64,000 nucleotides of DNA. Origin: Octopus bimaculoides (Eukaryota). Under the pieces are notes generated by a model. It had not been told where the DNA came from. It did no database searches and was given only the letters and a program-made list of their open reading frames with translations. Numbering within the stretch: position 1 is the first letter of the stretch; each line of letters starts with the position of its first letter. Shown here piece by piece: positions 1 through 12,431 of the stretch. Where the stretch lies: the NCBI RefSeq assembly GCF_001194135.2, contig NC_068998.1, positions 38,478,106-38,542,105 on the forward strand, written 5' to 3'. The position numbers and the translations under genes were made by a program.

Positions 1-293
1 TAGATAGATAGACATTTCTATGTATATATATATGTACACACACATCTACATATATATACATATATATGTGTGTATATATATATTTACACACATATCTACA
101 TATGTATACATATATATGTGTGTATGTATATATGAATATATGTACATATATAGATATATATATATATACATACATATATACATATATATACATATATACC
201 TGTATATATATGTATATACAAATATCTATATGTGTATGTATGTATACATATGTGTGTGTATGTGTATGTGTATGTGTGTCTGTGTGTGTGTAT

Positions 294-630
294 GTGGCAC
301 CTTGGACAAATGTCTTCTACTATAGCCTCGGGCTGACCAAAGCTTTGTGAGTGGATTTGGCAGACGGAAACTTAAAGACGCTTGTCGTATATATGTGTGT
401 GTATATATTTATGCATGTGTGTCTTCATGTCTGTGTTCGTCCCTCCCCCCACCATCGTTTCACAACCGATGTTGATGTGCTTACATTCCTGTAACTTAAT
501 GGTTCAGCAAAAGAGACCAATAGAATAAGTACTAGGCTTACAAAGAATAAGTCCTGAGGTCAGTTTCTTTGACTAAAACCCTTCAAGGCGGTTCTCCAGC
601 ATAGCTGCAAACGACTGAAACAAATAAAAG
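294..630 (+). mobile_element. SINE-A copy (5'-truncated tRNA-derived SINE with internal microsatellite)
   Basis: Matches the full copy at 17113: gcaccttgg..ctatagcctcgggctgaccaaag..gtggatttgg, then (TG/TA)n, then tail ending gactgaaacaaataaaag. Confidence 0.85.
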
Positions 631-1147
631 AATGTATATNNNNNNNNNNTTCGAAGAGATATGTATAAATATTCTATAATTATAAACATAATTATAATCA
701 GGGGTCAGCTAATTGCTTCACCAAGCACCGAATTTAGAAATAGGAGTTAAAATGCCTTTTCTGTTACCATAAAGATCTCCCAGACAGTAACACACTTTTT
801 TACGTGACAGAATAAATACCAGGCTTAGAATAAATACTAGGGGAGGAGACCACCTGTCCCCAAAAAGACTGTTACTAAATACTGTAAATGCATTTTGTCT
901 GGCCAATGTGTTCAGCTTTAACCCTGCTTATTGTGCCCTGCAATCAAGAAAGCATCTTAGATATCATTTAGGCTTTGTTTATCATGACATACCCCACTTA
1001 TTGGAAACAAACCATGCAGAAAAATCTAAATTAATATATTATCTCCTGTCATCCTGAAATCCCCTTAAACAACCCCACCAAAAACATAGTCTGCAAAGGA
1101 TTGTAGAATATGAAATAGATTTCTTGATGAAGAAACTGTTAAGTGTA

Positions 1148-1404
1148 ATGTGTGGTAAGATGCTTGATACCCGACCACATAGTTCAGTGCCCTTGCATGA
1201 CACCCTAGGCATGTATTTTCTCCTATAGCCTCGGGCTGACTAAAGCCTTTTGAGTGAATTTTGTAGGCAGAAAACTGAAAAAAGCTCATCATATATATAT
1301 ATATATATAACTGTTAAGTTACGAGGACAAAAATACACCAACATCAGTTGACAGGTGGTAGTGGGGAACAAACAGAGACACAAAACACACACACACACAT
1401 TATA

Positions 1405-1451
<47 letters not shown>

Positions 1452-1722
1452 NNNNNNNNNNNNNNNNNNNNNNNNNNNNNNNNNNNNNNNNNNNNNNNNN
1501 NNNNNNNNNNNNNNNNNNNNNNNNNNNNNNNNNNNNNNNNNNNNNNNNNNNNNNNNNNNNNNNNNNNNNNNNNNNNNNNNNNNNNNNNNNNNNNNNNNNN
1601 NNNNNNNNNNNNNNNNNNNNNNNNNNNNNNNNNNNNNNNNNNNNNNNNNNNNNNNNNNNNNNNNNNNNNNNNNNNNNNNNNNNNNNNNNNNNNNNNNNNT
1701 ATATATATACACACACACATAT

Positions 1723-1776
<54 letters not shown>

Positions 1777-1997
1777 GTATGTATATATATGTGTGTGTGT
1801 GTGTCTTTGTGTCTCTGTTTGTTCCCCACTACCACTTGACAACTGGTGTTGGTGTATTTATGTCCTCGTAAAAGAGACCAACACAATCAGTACCAGGCTT
1901 AACAAAAAGCAAGTACTGGGGTCGATTTCATTTGACTAAAATTTCTTCAATGTGGTGCTCCAGCATGGCTGCGGTCTAATGGCTGAAACAAGCGAAA
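1148..1997 (+). mobile_element. SINE-A copy with gap in its internal microsatellite and an inverted copy of the 3' half at 1311-1390
   Basis: Head at 1148-1290 and tail at 1795-1997. 1319-1385 is the reverse complement of about 1805-1871 with 4 mismatches. Confidence 0.8.
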
Positions 1998-2184
1998 GAT
2001 ATGCGATAAAAGAATTATGCTGCACAGAACTGCAACAAAACCTGAAAGAATATTGGCTACAAGGAAAATAAAACTGTATTCCTACCTTAGCAACAGCAGG
2101 CACCGAGAAACAGGAAGAGAAATAGAGTCAGTTTTAAAGCAACGTGCATTAGAATTTTGTTAAAAAAGATTAAAACAAAAGAAA

Positions 2185-2755
2185 ACCCTGCAAATATTGC
2201 CAGGACATTTCTAGGTCTATTTAACAAACAATTCCTAGCTGAACAGCTTCAGTTGCTTGTCGAATATAGGAAACATTATAAAAAGAACAAGAAAACCTTA
2301 GTAACAAGGTTGTAAAACATTCTAAATCAACCCACTCTAAATCAGAACTATAAAAATTCAAGCCACAGTCTATTCAGCAGTGAATAATCATTGTTTTATG
2401 GTAAGTTAGTATAAAGAAAAACACTGCAATATAAAACTAGCAAAATACTCATTTATAAAGCCATTATTTGCAACACACCAGCTTGTTCAGAGACATACAT
2501 AATAAAAATGTGACAGCATTGTCAAAGCATATTTGGTAGCTAAGAGAGAAGACTGGGAAAAAATAACATCGAGATAAAAGGGTTCAGTCACTGAGAATGC
2601 TAAATCTTCAACTAGGGTCACCAAGAGACGAGAAATTTGCTTGGCAGAAAAATAGGAAGAGAAAACAAAAATATCTTGATGGAAAAATTACAAATTACTC
2701 GCTAAAAAAACAGGAATTAATATTAAAATGTAGTTATAAAAACAAAAAAAAGTTG
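2185..2755 (+). mobile_element. Decayed Penelope-like element (Naiad-like) RT-to-GIY-YIG endonuclease region
   Basis: Frameshifted motifs occur in the expected order: NIARTFLGLFNKQF, SFSCLSNIGNIIK, LIYKAII..SETYI, KNVTALSKHIW*L, TKRREICLAEK, ELILKCSYKNK. Confidence 0.7.
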
Positions 2756-2979
2756 CCACAAGAATTTTAGAGAATTACAGCTAGATTGACAGTGCATAAT
2801 TGAAAAACTGATCAGAAATAAACACGCATACATCACATTGCAAAAAAAAAAAGAAAAGAAGAAGACTCTGATAAAGCTTCTCTGACATCCATGAAGTGAC
2901 TACTTTATCTGAAGACTACAGCCAGTTCCACAGACATTTTGAATAATAAATTACCCTGACTGTCTAGTAAAATATACAC

Positions 2980-3096
<117 letters not shown>

Positions 3097-3159
3097 CACG
3101 CACACATATATATACACGCATATGTATACATGCATGTATGTATATATTTTTTTTTTACT

Positions 3160-3365
3160 TGTTACAGTCATTGTCATTTACTTGTTACAGGGGCACTGCC
3201 TTGAAGAATTTTAATTGAATGGATCCATCTCAGTACTTGCTATTTTTTTTTTTCTTTTTTAAGCCTGGTATTTACTCTGTTACCAATTTGCTGAACTGCT
3301 AAGTCATGGGGGACATAAACACACCAATACCAGTCGTCAAGTAGTGATAAGGGACAAACACAGAT
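3160..3365 (-). mobile_element. SINE-A 3' half, diverged
   Basis: Reverse complement of the SINE-A tail (gggcactgccttgaag ... gctgaactgctaagt ... gtcaagtagtgataagggacaaacacag). Confidence 0.7.
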
Positions 3366-3614
3366 GCAATATCATGCATGTACGCACACATATGCACCAC
3401 ACACACACACACACGTACATGTGCAAACACACACATACATACAAAAACACGCACACACACACACATACACACACACATATGTGAGAGCATGTGTCTTTGC
3501 TGTGGTTGTGTGTGTCATTCACCACCACTTGACACCTAGTTCTTGCTTGTTTATGCCCCCGTAACTTTGCAGTTTGGCAAAAGACACCTATAGAGTAAGT
3601 GCAAGGCTTTAAAG

Positions 3615-4037
3615 CAGGGGTTCTCAACCATTTTTTTATCTATAGACCCCTTCAATTACTATTTTATTCTGGTGAACTCCCTTCGTCATTTGATTTTTAA
3701 AAACTAGTTTTCCAGAAACTTCTTTCAAAATACCTAATTTAATTTTCACACACCAGCTTGTCTGTGTTGAACTCTGTAAAATGTTAGAGAAAGAAACCCA
3801 ACTGTTTCTTGCAATACATACTACTCTTTTACTCTTTTACTTGTTCCAGTCATTTGACTGTGGCCATGCTGGAGCACTGCCTTTAGTCGAGCAAATCAAC
3901 CCCAGGACTTATTCTTGGTAAGCCTAGAACTTATTATATCAGTCTCTTTTGCCGAACCGTTAAGTTACGGGGACGTAAACACACCAGCATCGGTTGTCAA
4001 GTGATGTTGTGGGGCAAACACAGACACAAAAACATAT

Positions 4038-4068
<31 letters not shown>

Positions 4069-4373
4069 CATATATACAACAGGCTTCTTTCAGTTTCTGT
4101 CTGCCAAATCCACTCACAAGGCTTTGGTCAGCCCGAGGCTATAGTAGAAAACACTTGCCCAAGGTGCCAAGCAGTGGGACTGAACCCAGAACCATGTGGT
4201 TGGTAAGCAAGCTACTTACCACATGGCCACTCCTATATAAATCTACAGCAATGTTTTTTTCAGGAGCCCTTAAAGTACTATTGGGGATCCAAAATTTACC
4301 ATTTTGTTGCATGGACTCTCAAAGACCTCATATGGGCCCTCAGGGGCCATATGACCCTGGTTGAGAACCAGTG
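3615..4373. mobile_element. hAT-type MITE with 8-bp TSD, interrupted by a SINE-A
   Basis: TIRs CAGGGGTTCTCAACCA / TGGTTGAGAACCAGTG. Perfect TSD CTTTAAAG at 3607-3614 and 4374-4381. Confidence 0.88.
3822..4236 (-). mobile_element. Full-length SINE-A nested in the hAT MITE
   Basis: Complete reverse-complement copy with tail, (CA/TA)n and tRNA-like head. Confidence 0.9.
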
Positions 4374-4892
4374 CTTTAAAGAAAAAATAAGTACCAGAGT
4401 TGGTTTGTTCAGCTAAACCCTTCAAGGTGGTGCCCCAGCATAGCCGCAGTCGAATGACTGAAACAAGTAAAAGATAGAAAATTGTATGGATGTATCTCCT
4501 TTCCAGTTGCGTCTCATAAAAATGAACAATTTATATTTAAATTTGATTTTGTTATTTGTATCCATTTATATATGTTTAGCATGTATTATGGCTTCCAAAA
4601 TTTTATTAATTCAGGAAACCTTGTTGCTTTTACATTCTGAGTTCAAATCCTGCTGCTATAAACTTAGCCTTTTGATTTGGGGAAAGGGGCAACAGGGATG
4701 ATGTGGTGGGAGGGATAAAATAAAGTACTAGACAAGTACTGAGGTCAGTTTAAAAGCCCTTTAAAGCATTCCAGATGTGAATAGAAAACAAAATCAATGT
4801 GATTGCTGGGAACTACAGGTGTTCAGGTAAATGCTGGTATTTACTTTCTTATGATAACAGTGATCTATCTGTCTATCTATCTACTTATCTAC

Positions 4893-4935
<43 letters not shown>

Positions 4936-4950
4936 CCTATCTATCTATCG

Positions 4951-5344
4951 AGACAAAAGGTATTCTTCCATCAGGATAATGCTCGGTCACATACAGAGTG
5001 GATGACATTCCCAAGGCTGGAGCAATTTGAATGGGAAACAATGTCCCACCCACCATATTCGCAGGACATTGTTCCATCTGATTATCATTTATTCTGCAGT
5101 TTTCAAAACCATTTGGACAAAAAAAATATGAATTTTGTTGACAAGGTCAGAATAGTACTGATGGAGTATTTTTCGTCATGGACAAGTGAATTTTGGAAGA
5201 GGGGCATTTGATGTCTACCAGATAGATGGAAGAGCATTGTAGAAAATGAAGGGGAATATATTTTAGATTAAAAAAGAACTGTGTTTATTTTAATTTTTTA
5301 AAAATAAGTATAAAAAACCACATTAATTATAAGAAAACCTAATA
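4951..5344 (+). mobile_element. Mariner transposase 3' fragment with right TIR (pseudogenised)
   Basis: FFHQDNARSH...HPPYSQDIVPSDYHLF...EFWKRGI*CLPDRWKSIVENEGEYILD* matches the mariner DD34D C-terminus (YSPDLAPSDYHLF). It ends in TIR-like ...aaaacctaaTA. Confidence 0.93.
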
Positions 5345-5467
5345 CATGTGAGTGTGTATTTAAATGTATATTATACTATATATATATATACATATATTAT
5401 ATTAAATATATATATATTATGGATATGTATGTATATATAATGGATATATACATACATACACACACAG

Positions 5468-5504
<37 letters not shown>

Positions 5505-6314
5505 NNNNNNNNNNNNNNNNNNNNNNNNNNNNNNNNNNNNNNNNNNNNNNNNNNNNNNNNNNNNNNNNNNNNNNNNNNNNNNNNNNNNNNNNNNNNNNNN
5601 NNNNNNNNNNNNNNNNNNNNNNNNNNNNNNNNNNNNNNNNNNNNNNNNNNNNNNNNNNNNNNNNNNNNNNNNNNNNNNNNNNNNNNNNNNNNNNNNNNNN
5701 NNNNNNNNNNNNNNNNNNNNNNNNNNNNNNNNNNNNNNNNNNNNNNNNNNNNNNNNNNNNNNNNNNNNNNNNNNNNNNNNNNNNNNNNNNNNNNNNNNNN
5801 NNNNNNNNNNNNNNNNNNNNNNNNNNNNNNNNNNNNNNNNNNNNNNNNNNNNNNNNNNNNNNNNNNNNNNNNNNNNNNNNNNNNNNNNNNNNNNNNNNNN
5901 NNNNNNNNNNNNNNNNNNNNNNNNNNNNNNNNNNNNNNNNNNNNNNNNNNNNNNNNNNNNNNNNNNNNNNNNNNNNNNNNNNNNNNNNNNNNNNNNNNNN
6001 NNNNNNNNNNNNNNNNNNNNNNNNNNNNNNNNNNNNNNNNNNNNNNNNNNNNNNNNNNNNNNNNNNNNNNNNNNNNNNNNNNNNNNNNNNNNNNNNNNNN
6101 NNNNNNNNNNNNNNNNNNNNNNNNNNNNNNNNNNNNNNNNNNNNNNNNNNNNNNNNNNNNNNNNNNNNNNNNNNNNNNNNNNNNNNNNNNNNNNNNNNNN
6201 NNNNNNNNNNNNNNNNNNNNNNNNNNNNNNNNNNNNNNNNNNNNNNNNNNNNNNNNNNNNNNNNNNNNNNNNNNNNNNNNNNNNNNNNNNNNNNNNNNNN
6301 NNNNNNNNNNNNNN
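5505..6314. other. Assembly gap (one of more than 20 N-runs; other large ones at 7751-8479, 13624-14232, 20289-20928, 34933-35778, 45724-46703, 56264-57007, 61544-62328)
   Basis: N-runs, most flanked by microsatellites. Confidence 0.99.
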
Positions 6315-6387
6315 NTAAAAACTGCTTAGTATTATCTACTTCACATTACATATTTTCCATTACTAATAGGATTTACATGGGTATACA

Positions 6388-6853
6388 CAGGGCGCTGGAT
6401 TAAGACCCACACAGGCCCTAAGCACTTAAAAGGGTTTGGTGCCCTGAAGTATATGTAAATGGCTCAAAATGTAAACAAAAATAATTTAAAATGTAAATAA
6501 TAATAAATCATAAAATAAATTTTTATTTTTCAAAATGAAATAAAACTAACAACAAGATGGAAAATAATGTTTATCTTTGTATACTTCCACTTTATTTATA
6601 TTTGAAAAGTTTTCTCCATTTTTTGGTTGTTTTTTTTAATTGAAAAGTCTTCAATGATATCGTTAAAATTAATTTTATGTAAAACTTCTGATTCTATACT
6701 TAGTAGAGATAAAGCATTACGAATATCATTTTAGCAAGTTTAAAGTGAATTCTTTTGTGCCGTAAACCATTTACCATTTCTGTTCTGCTCCCCCTCCTTC
6801 CCTTGATGCCCTAAGCACGTGTTTATTTTGCTTAATGGGTTAATCCAGTGCTG
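6388..6853. mobile_element. hAT-type MITE with 8-bp TSD
   Basis: Termini CAGGGCGCTGGATTAA / TTAATCCAGTGCTG. Perfect TSD GGTATACA at 6380-6387 and 6854-6861. Subterminal direct repeat gccctaagcac. Confidence 0.82.
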
Positions 6854-7141
6854 GGTATACATGTTGAAATATATGTAAAACATCTATTAGTAATGTATGT
6901 GAATATATATATATATATATATATGTATATATGCACATACATATATATGAAGGGGATGTTTCTATGTGGCCTGCTTGTTTGTTGCACCTTGTTTACCATT
7001 TTGTCCATGTTCTTTTGCCACGTCATGTACCCAGTTATGTATCTATATGTACATGTGGATAAAGGTATATACATACATGTACATATATATGCATATACTC
7101 ATATATTGTTTGTATACATATATATATATATATCGTAATCA

Positions 7142-7380
7142 GCATCATCAACATCATCATCATTTAATGTCTGTTTTCCATGCTGGCATTGGTTGGGCGG
7201 TTTGACAGGAGCTGGCTGCTGAAGAGCTGCACCAGGCTCCAGTTGTCTGTTTTGGCATGGTTTCTATGATTGGATGCCCTTCCTAATGCCAACCACTTTA
7301 GAGAGTGTGCTGGGTGCTCTAACATGGCTCCAGTATGGGTGCTTTCTATGTGGCACCAGCATCCAATGTGGAACCAGCAT
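7142..7380 (-). mobile_element. Family D (RTE-LINE 3' UTR) copy
   Basis: (CAT)n-ttaatgtctgttttccatgctggc ... ggatgcccttcctaatgccaaccac, shared with the copies at 13011, 14600, 15482, 25545, 27460 and 32030. Confidence 0.8.
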
Positions 7381-8479
7381 ATATATATACATTATTTGTA
7401 GATTAAGTTTACCATCGATTTCATGTTAAGGAAGTCCTTAATAATTATCAATGCTAACCTTAATCCACAAAGAAAGAATCTTCATCCACCAATGGAGAGT
7501 TGAGCACACATTCTTATTCATCACATTTGTATGTTAACTTTCCGTATCGCATAATTGTTTATTTCTTGTCTGTCTGTTCATTTTCTGTTTTGTTGTTTGG
7601 TTCAGCAATTTGCAGCAGTATTTTCACCATCGGCACCACCAGTTGGGGAAGTAATGTTATTGTTAAGGTGCGAAATTGCATTTGACCCTCTACTCAATAA
7701 CTAATGACATGTTGGCCACCTTCTGTGTCTGTTTCCCATTTGTTTGTGCANNNNNNNNNNNNNNNNNNNNNNNNNNNNNNNNNNNNNNNNNNNNNNNNNN
7801 NNNNNNNNNNNNNNNNNNNNNNNNNNNNNNNNNNNNNNNNNNNNNNNNNNNNNNNNNNNNNNNNNNNNNNNNNNNNNNNNNNNNNNNNNNNNNNNNNNNN
7901 NNNNNNNNNNNNNNNNNNNNNNNNNNNNNNNNNNNNNNNNNNNNNNNNNNNNNNNNNNNNNNNNNNNNNNNNNNNNNNNNNNNNNNNNNNNNNNNNNNNN
8001 NNNNNNNNNNNNNNNNNNNNNNNNNNNNNNNNNNNNNNNNNNNNNNNNNNNNNNNNNNNNNNNNNNNNNNNNNNNNNNNNNNNNNNNNNNNNNNNNNNNN
8101 NNNNNNNNNNNNNNNNNNNNNNNNNNNNNNNNNNNNNNNNNNNNNNNNNNNNNNNNNNNNNNNNNNNNNNNNNNNNNNNNNNNNNNNNNNNNNNNNNNNN
8201 NNNNNNNNNNNNNNNNNNNNNNNNNNNNNNNNNNNNNNNNNNNNNNNNNNNNNNNNNNNNNNNNNNNNNNNNNNNNNNNNNNNNNNNNNNNNNNNNNNNN
8301 NNNNNNNNNNNNNNNNNNNNNNNNNNNNNNNNNNNNNNNNNNNNNNNNNNNNNNNNNNNNNNNNNNNNNNNNNNNNNNNNNNNNNNNNNNNNNNNNNNNN
8401 NNNNNNNNNNNNNNNNNNNNNNNNNNNNNNNNNNNNNNNNNNNNNNNNNNNNNNNNNNNNNNNNNNNNNNNNNNNNNNN

Positions 8480-8523
<44 letters not shown>

Positions 8524-8862
8524 GGGGTGGCAGTGTAGAATGTCTTGATGTGTTTGAGTCACCTTGTCTTCATACTGCCTGATAGTTTTAAATGAGCATC
8601 ATCATCATCATCGTCATCATCATCATCATCATACACGGAATGCATTCATTTCGAACCTTCTGTGAAAATGTCCAGCCAAGGAGAAACTTTTACCTTTGTT
8701 TGGAAACAGGTAAGGGTTGATGACTGGAAAGATATCTATCTGGCTGTGGAAAATTTGCATCAGAGAGTTCTATCTGACCCATGCAAAAATGAATAAGCGA
8801 ATGTTAGAATGATGCCAATGATGATTACGACAATGATGATGATGGTGACGATGATATATGTA

Positions 8863-8907
<45 letters not shown>

Positions 8908-9012
8908 ACATGTGTGTATTCATATAGATAGATAGACAGACAGATAAATCAATAAATATGAATATAGATAGATACACACATATATATAGATACACGTATA
9001 TATATGCATATG

Positions 9013-9043
<31 letters not shown>

Positions 9044-9639
9044 GTATGAGAAGACCCGGCAAGCCAAGTAAGATCGTTGCCAGTGCCCCTGGACTGGTTC
9101 TTGTGCGGGTGGCACATGAGATGCACCATTTTGAGCGTGGCCGTTGCCAGTACCGCCTGACTGGCTCCTGTAGGATTTTCGAGCGAGATCNNNNNNNNNN
9201 NNNNNNNNNNNNNNNNNNNNNNNNNNNNNNNNNNNNNNNNNNNNNNNNNNNNNNNNNNNNNNNNNNNNNNNNNNNNNNNNNNNNNNNNNNNNNNNNNNNN
9301 NNNNNNNNNNNNNNNNNNNNNNNNNNNNNNNNNNNNNNNNNNNNNNNNNNNNNNNNNNNNNNNNNNNNNNNNNNNNNNNNNNNNNNNNNNNNNNNNNNNN
9401 NNNNNNNNNNNNNNNNNNNNNNNNNNNNNNNNNNNNNNNNNNNNTTCATATAGATAGATAGACAGACAGATAAATCAATAAATATGAATATAGATAGATA
9501 CACACATATATATAGATACACGTATATATATGCATATGTATATATATATATATATTAATATATATATATACCTATGGAGATATATATATATATACACGCA
9601 CACATATTTATATGTACACAGATAGGGGGAGATAATTGT

Positions 9640-9645
9640 TTTATT
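9640..9645 (-). promoter_or_regulatory. Candidate polyadenylation signal AATAAA for the minus-strand terminal exon
   Basis: tttatt on the + strand, about 370 nt past the stop at 10014. The motif is common in AT-rich DNA. Confidence 0.25.
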
Positions 9646-10013
9646 AATGGATAGAAATCAATCATCACAATAATCATCATCATCTCTGTTCCCATCATTA
9701 TCGATATTATCATCCTCATCATTAATAGCACCAGTACCACCATAACCACCACCAGCACCACCACCACCACCACCACAATTAATCGTGGCAGCAGTGACAG
9801 TCACAGCAACAGCCAACAGAGCCATGACGGTATGGAAGCCCATTGGTATCATCTGTTTAACCATCATCTTCAAATGAATGAATTGCTAATATTGCTAGGC
9901 CCATGCCAAGCTACTCCATAGTAGCCAACCAAACCAGGGCTTGTAAATTTCCACAGCAAAAACCAGGTATCAATCTCCGAGTAGAGACAAACAACAGCCT
10001 GAAGGTCTTTACT

Positions 10014-10051
10014 TTAGGTCGCCATTTCAGATAAAACTTTCCAAAGATAAC
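10014..10051 (-). CDS. Candidate terminal coding exon (GYLWKVLSEMAT*), phase-compatible with the 45324-45425 exon
   Basis: Very strong acceptor (tttttttttgtttttttttcAG|gt tat ctt tgg aaa gtt tta tct gaa atg gcg acc TAA). It is followed by about 370 nt of unique sequence and an AATAAA. Confidence 0.4.
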
Positions 10052-10788
10052 CTGAAAAAAAAAACAAAAAAAAAACCAAGTAGACAAATTCCACCACCAC
10101 TACTACTACCACCACTACCACTACCACCACCAACAACAGCAGCAACAACAAGCACAGATTAAACAAACCAAACAAAACATAAACTATACACATCATGCTG
10201 AAACTTGTGAATAAAATTAAATGATTTCTTTAATACATTTAGTAAAAAAAATGTTTTAAATAAAGAAATTTTAAATAACAGTATTTTTTATTTTTCCTAA
10301 GCCAGAGAAAAAAAAAAGAAAAAAACCTCCCAGTAAATAGTAAACATTTCTGATGTTATTAAAATACATCAAGGAAGGCTATAACTTCTAATCAACTATC
10401 GCAAAAATCAATAAGCCACCATTTACTGGTAAAAACAGTTGACAGTTTTCTGATGGAAACCAAGAGCGATTGGGGTTTTATTTTTTCTAATAGGTTTTTA
10501 ATACCACAATATCTTTTCATTAATAGCACACATCTATTAACGAACGACACATCTATTCAATCAACCAGCGTGTCCTTAACGAAAGAGGGCATGCTTTGCT
10601 AAAACTGGGATAAATACACGTGTGCGTGCATGCGTGTGTGTGTGTGTGTGTGTGTGCGTGTGTGCATGTGTGTGTGTGTGCACTTTCGTGTGCATGTACA
10701 TGACATATATGATATAAATATATACATTCATATATATATATAAGTATTATATTGTTGCTCTGGTATATATATATATATAATATATATA

Positions 10789-11005
10789 AAGGCAATGAGT
10801 GGGCAGAATAGTTACTGCACCTGACAAAATTTTTAGAAGCATTTCTTATGAGTTTATGCTCTGAGTTCAAATGCCACCTAAGTCAACTTTACCTTTTCTC
10901 ATTTTAGGATCAATAAGATACTAGTTGGACGCTAGTGTCATAGTGTCAATGTAATCAACTTCCCCACCACCTCAAATTTGCTGGCCATATGCCAAAATAA
11001 GAAAG
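10789..11005 (+). mobile_element. SINE-B, diverged
   Basis: aaggcaatgagtgggcagaat ... ctgagttcaaat ... tttgctggccatatgccaaa, collinear with the copy at 15257. Confidence 0.7.
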
Positions 11006-11065
11006 GATTATGTATACATACATGTATGCATAAACACGTACATACATACATGCATTCATACATAT

Positions 11066-11114
<49 letters not shown>

Positions 11115-11304
11115 TACACACACATATATTAATATAAAAATGAAAAAGCAAAGCATTTGGAATCACTTGGAAACAGTTAATTTAGATAGAGAATATAAAC
11201 AGTGTCTCTTACAGCTGTTTCTAGAATAGCGAAGCATATTGATCATGATCTTGAGTAAGAATACCATGAGTTAGGTATTCCATCATCAGAGAGGGAGAAG
11301 TCAA

Positions 11305-11535
11305 GAAAATATAAAAATGAAGAAATATCCCCAATCAAAGACGTCAGTACTTTCCAGTTTGTCCAAAGTGAAGAAAGGATCAGAGTAAAATAGATATGTG
11401 TTTCACAGTTCCATGATTGAATAAATAATAGAGTTTATATGTAAGGTCCATCACTTTGATCCTTCCTTAATTTTTCAAGAAACTGGTAAGTACTAATTTC
11501 CTCAATTGAGGATATTTCTTCATTTTTATATTTTC
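11305..11535. mobile_element. Foldback/MITE-like element with long imperfect inverted repeats
   Basis: 11305-11335 and 11505-11535 are reverse complements at 30/31 nt. A second matching block (agtact..ccagttt) extends the arms inward. Confidence 0.55.
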
Positions 11536-12345
11536 AGCCCCCCCACTCTCTCTCTCTCTCCCATGACAGAATACATAGTTTCTTGAACCATTACTCAATA
11601 CCACAATCCACATGCTTGACTGTGCTCGAAACAGCTGTAAGACACTATCCATTTATGTTCTCTATCTAAATTAAATGTTTTCGAGTGATGCCAAATATTC
11701 TGCTCTATCATTTTTTTCTTTTAATCTCTGTCTACCTGCTCATGGAAAAATTACTTCTAACCACCTTTGATAAGCAGTCTCAACATCCTATTTTCCAGTT
11801 GCAGTTCAAGCCAGAGTTTTAATGGTGAACCAAACTGAGCACTCATACTACATACAACAGTTGATAAAGACTCTTTATATACTCTCTCTATGTGCATGTA
11901 TGCATGTGTGCGCATGTGTGTGTGTGTGAGTGCATGTGTGCATGTGTGTGTGTGTATGTATGTATGTATGTATGTATGTATGTATGTTGACTGCTCATGA
12001 GCACTTCTACCCTTTGGCAGTTCTTATTTCTCATCCAGCAGGGTGTCCAGCAATCACCCTCTTCACCAAGCAAGCTTAATGGGGGTTGCCAGTTTAGTCG
12101 CTGATGACCCGACCATGCAACAGCCATCCAACAATATGTGTATATGTGGTAGAAAATCAGTCACAACAAATTTCATCTGACCCCCTACCCCCACCCCAAT
12201 GCAAGCGTGGAAAAGTGGACATTAAAATGATAATTATGATGATGACGATATATACTTATATGCATTTGTGTGTGTGCATGTGTATGTGTGTATACATAGA
12301 TATATATGCACATATATCTATGCATATATATATGTGTGTGTAGAA

Positions 12346-12381
<36 letters not shown>

Positions 12382-12391
12382 NNNNNNNNNN

Positions 12392-12431
<40 letters not shown>

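Larger units (their letters stand above)
3487..4472 (+). mobile_element. SINE-A 3' half split by a hAT MITE (pieces 3487-3614 and 4374-4472)
   Basis: The tail sequence resumes after the duplicated CTTTAAAG and ends gactgaaacaagtaaaaga. Confidence 0.75.

Noticed and set aside
20-350. Long Y/I/H/T/V/C-rich ORFs here and throughout the ORF track, including all X-containing ORFs
   Set aside because: These are translations of di-, tri- or tetranucleotide microsatellites or N-gaps, and are open in several frames at once.
7430-7750. Possible LINE endonuclease remnant on the minus strand
   Set aside because: Only vague similarity; no diagnostic motif could be read with confidence.
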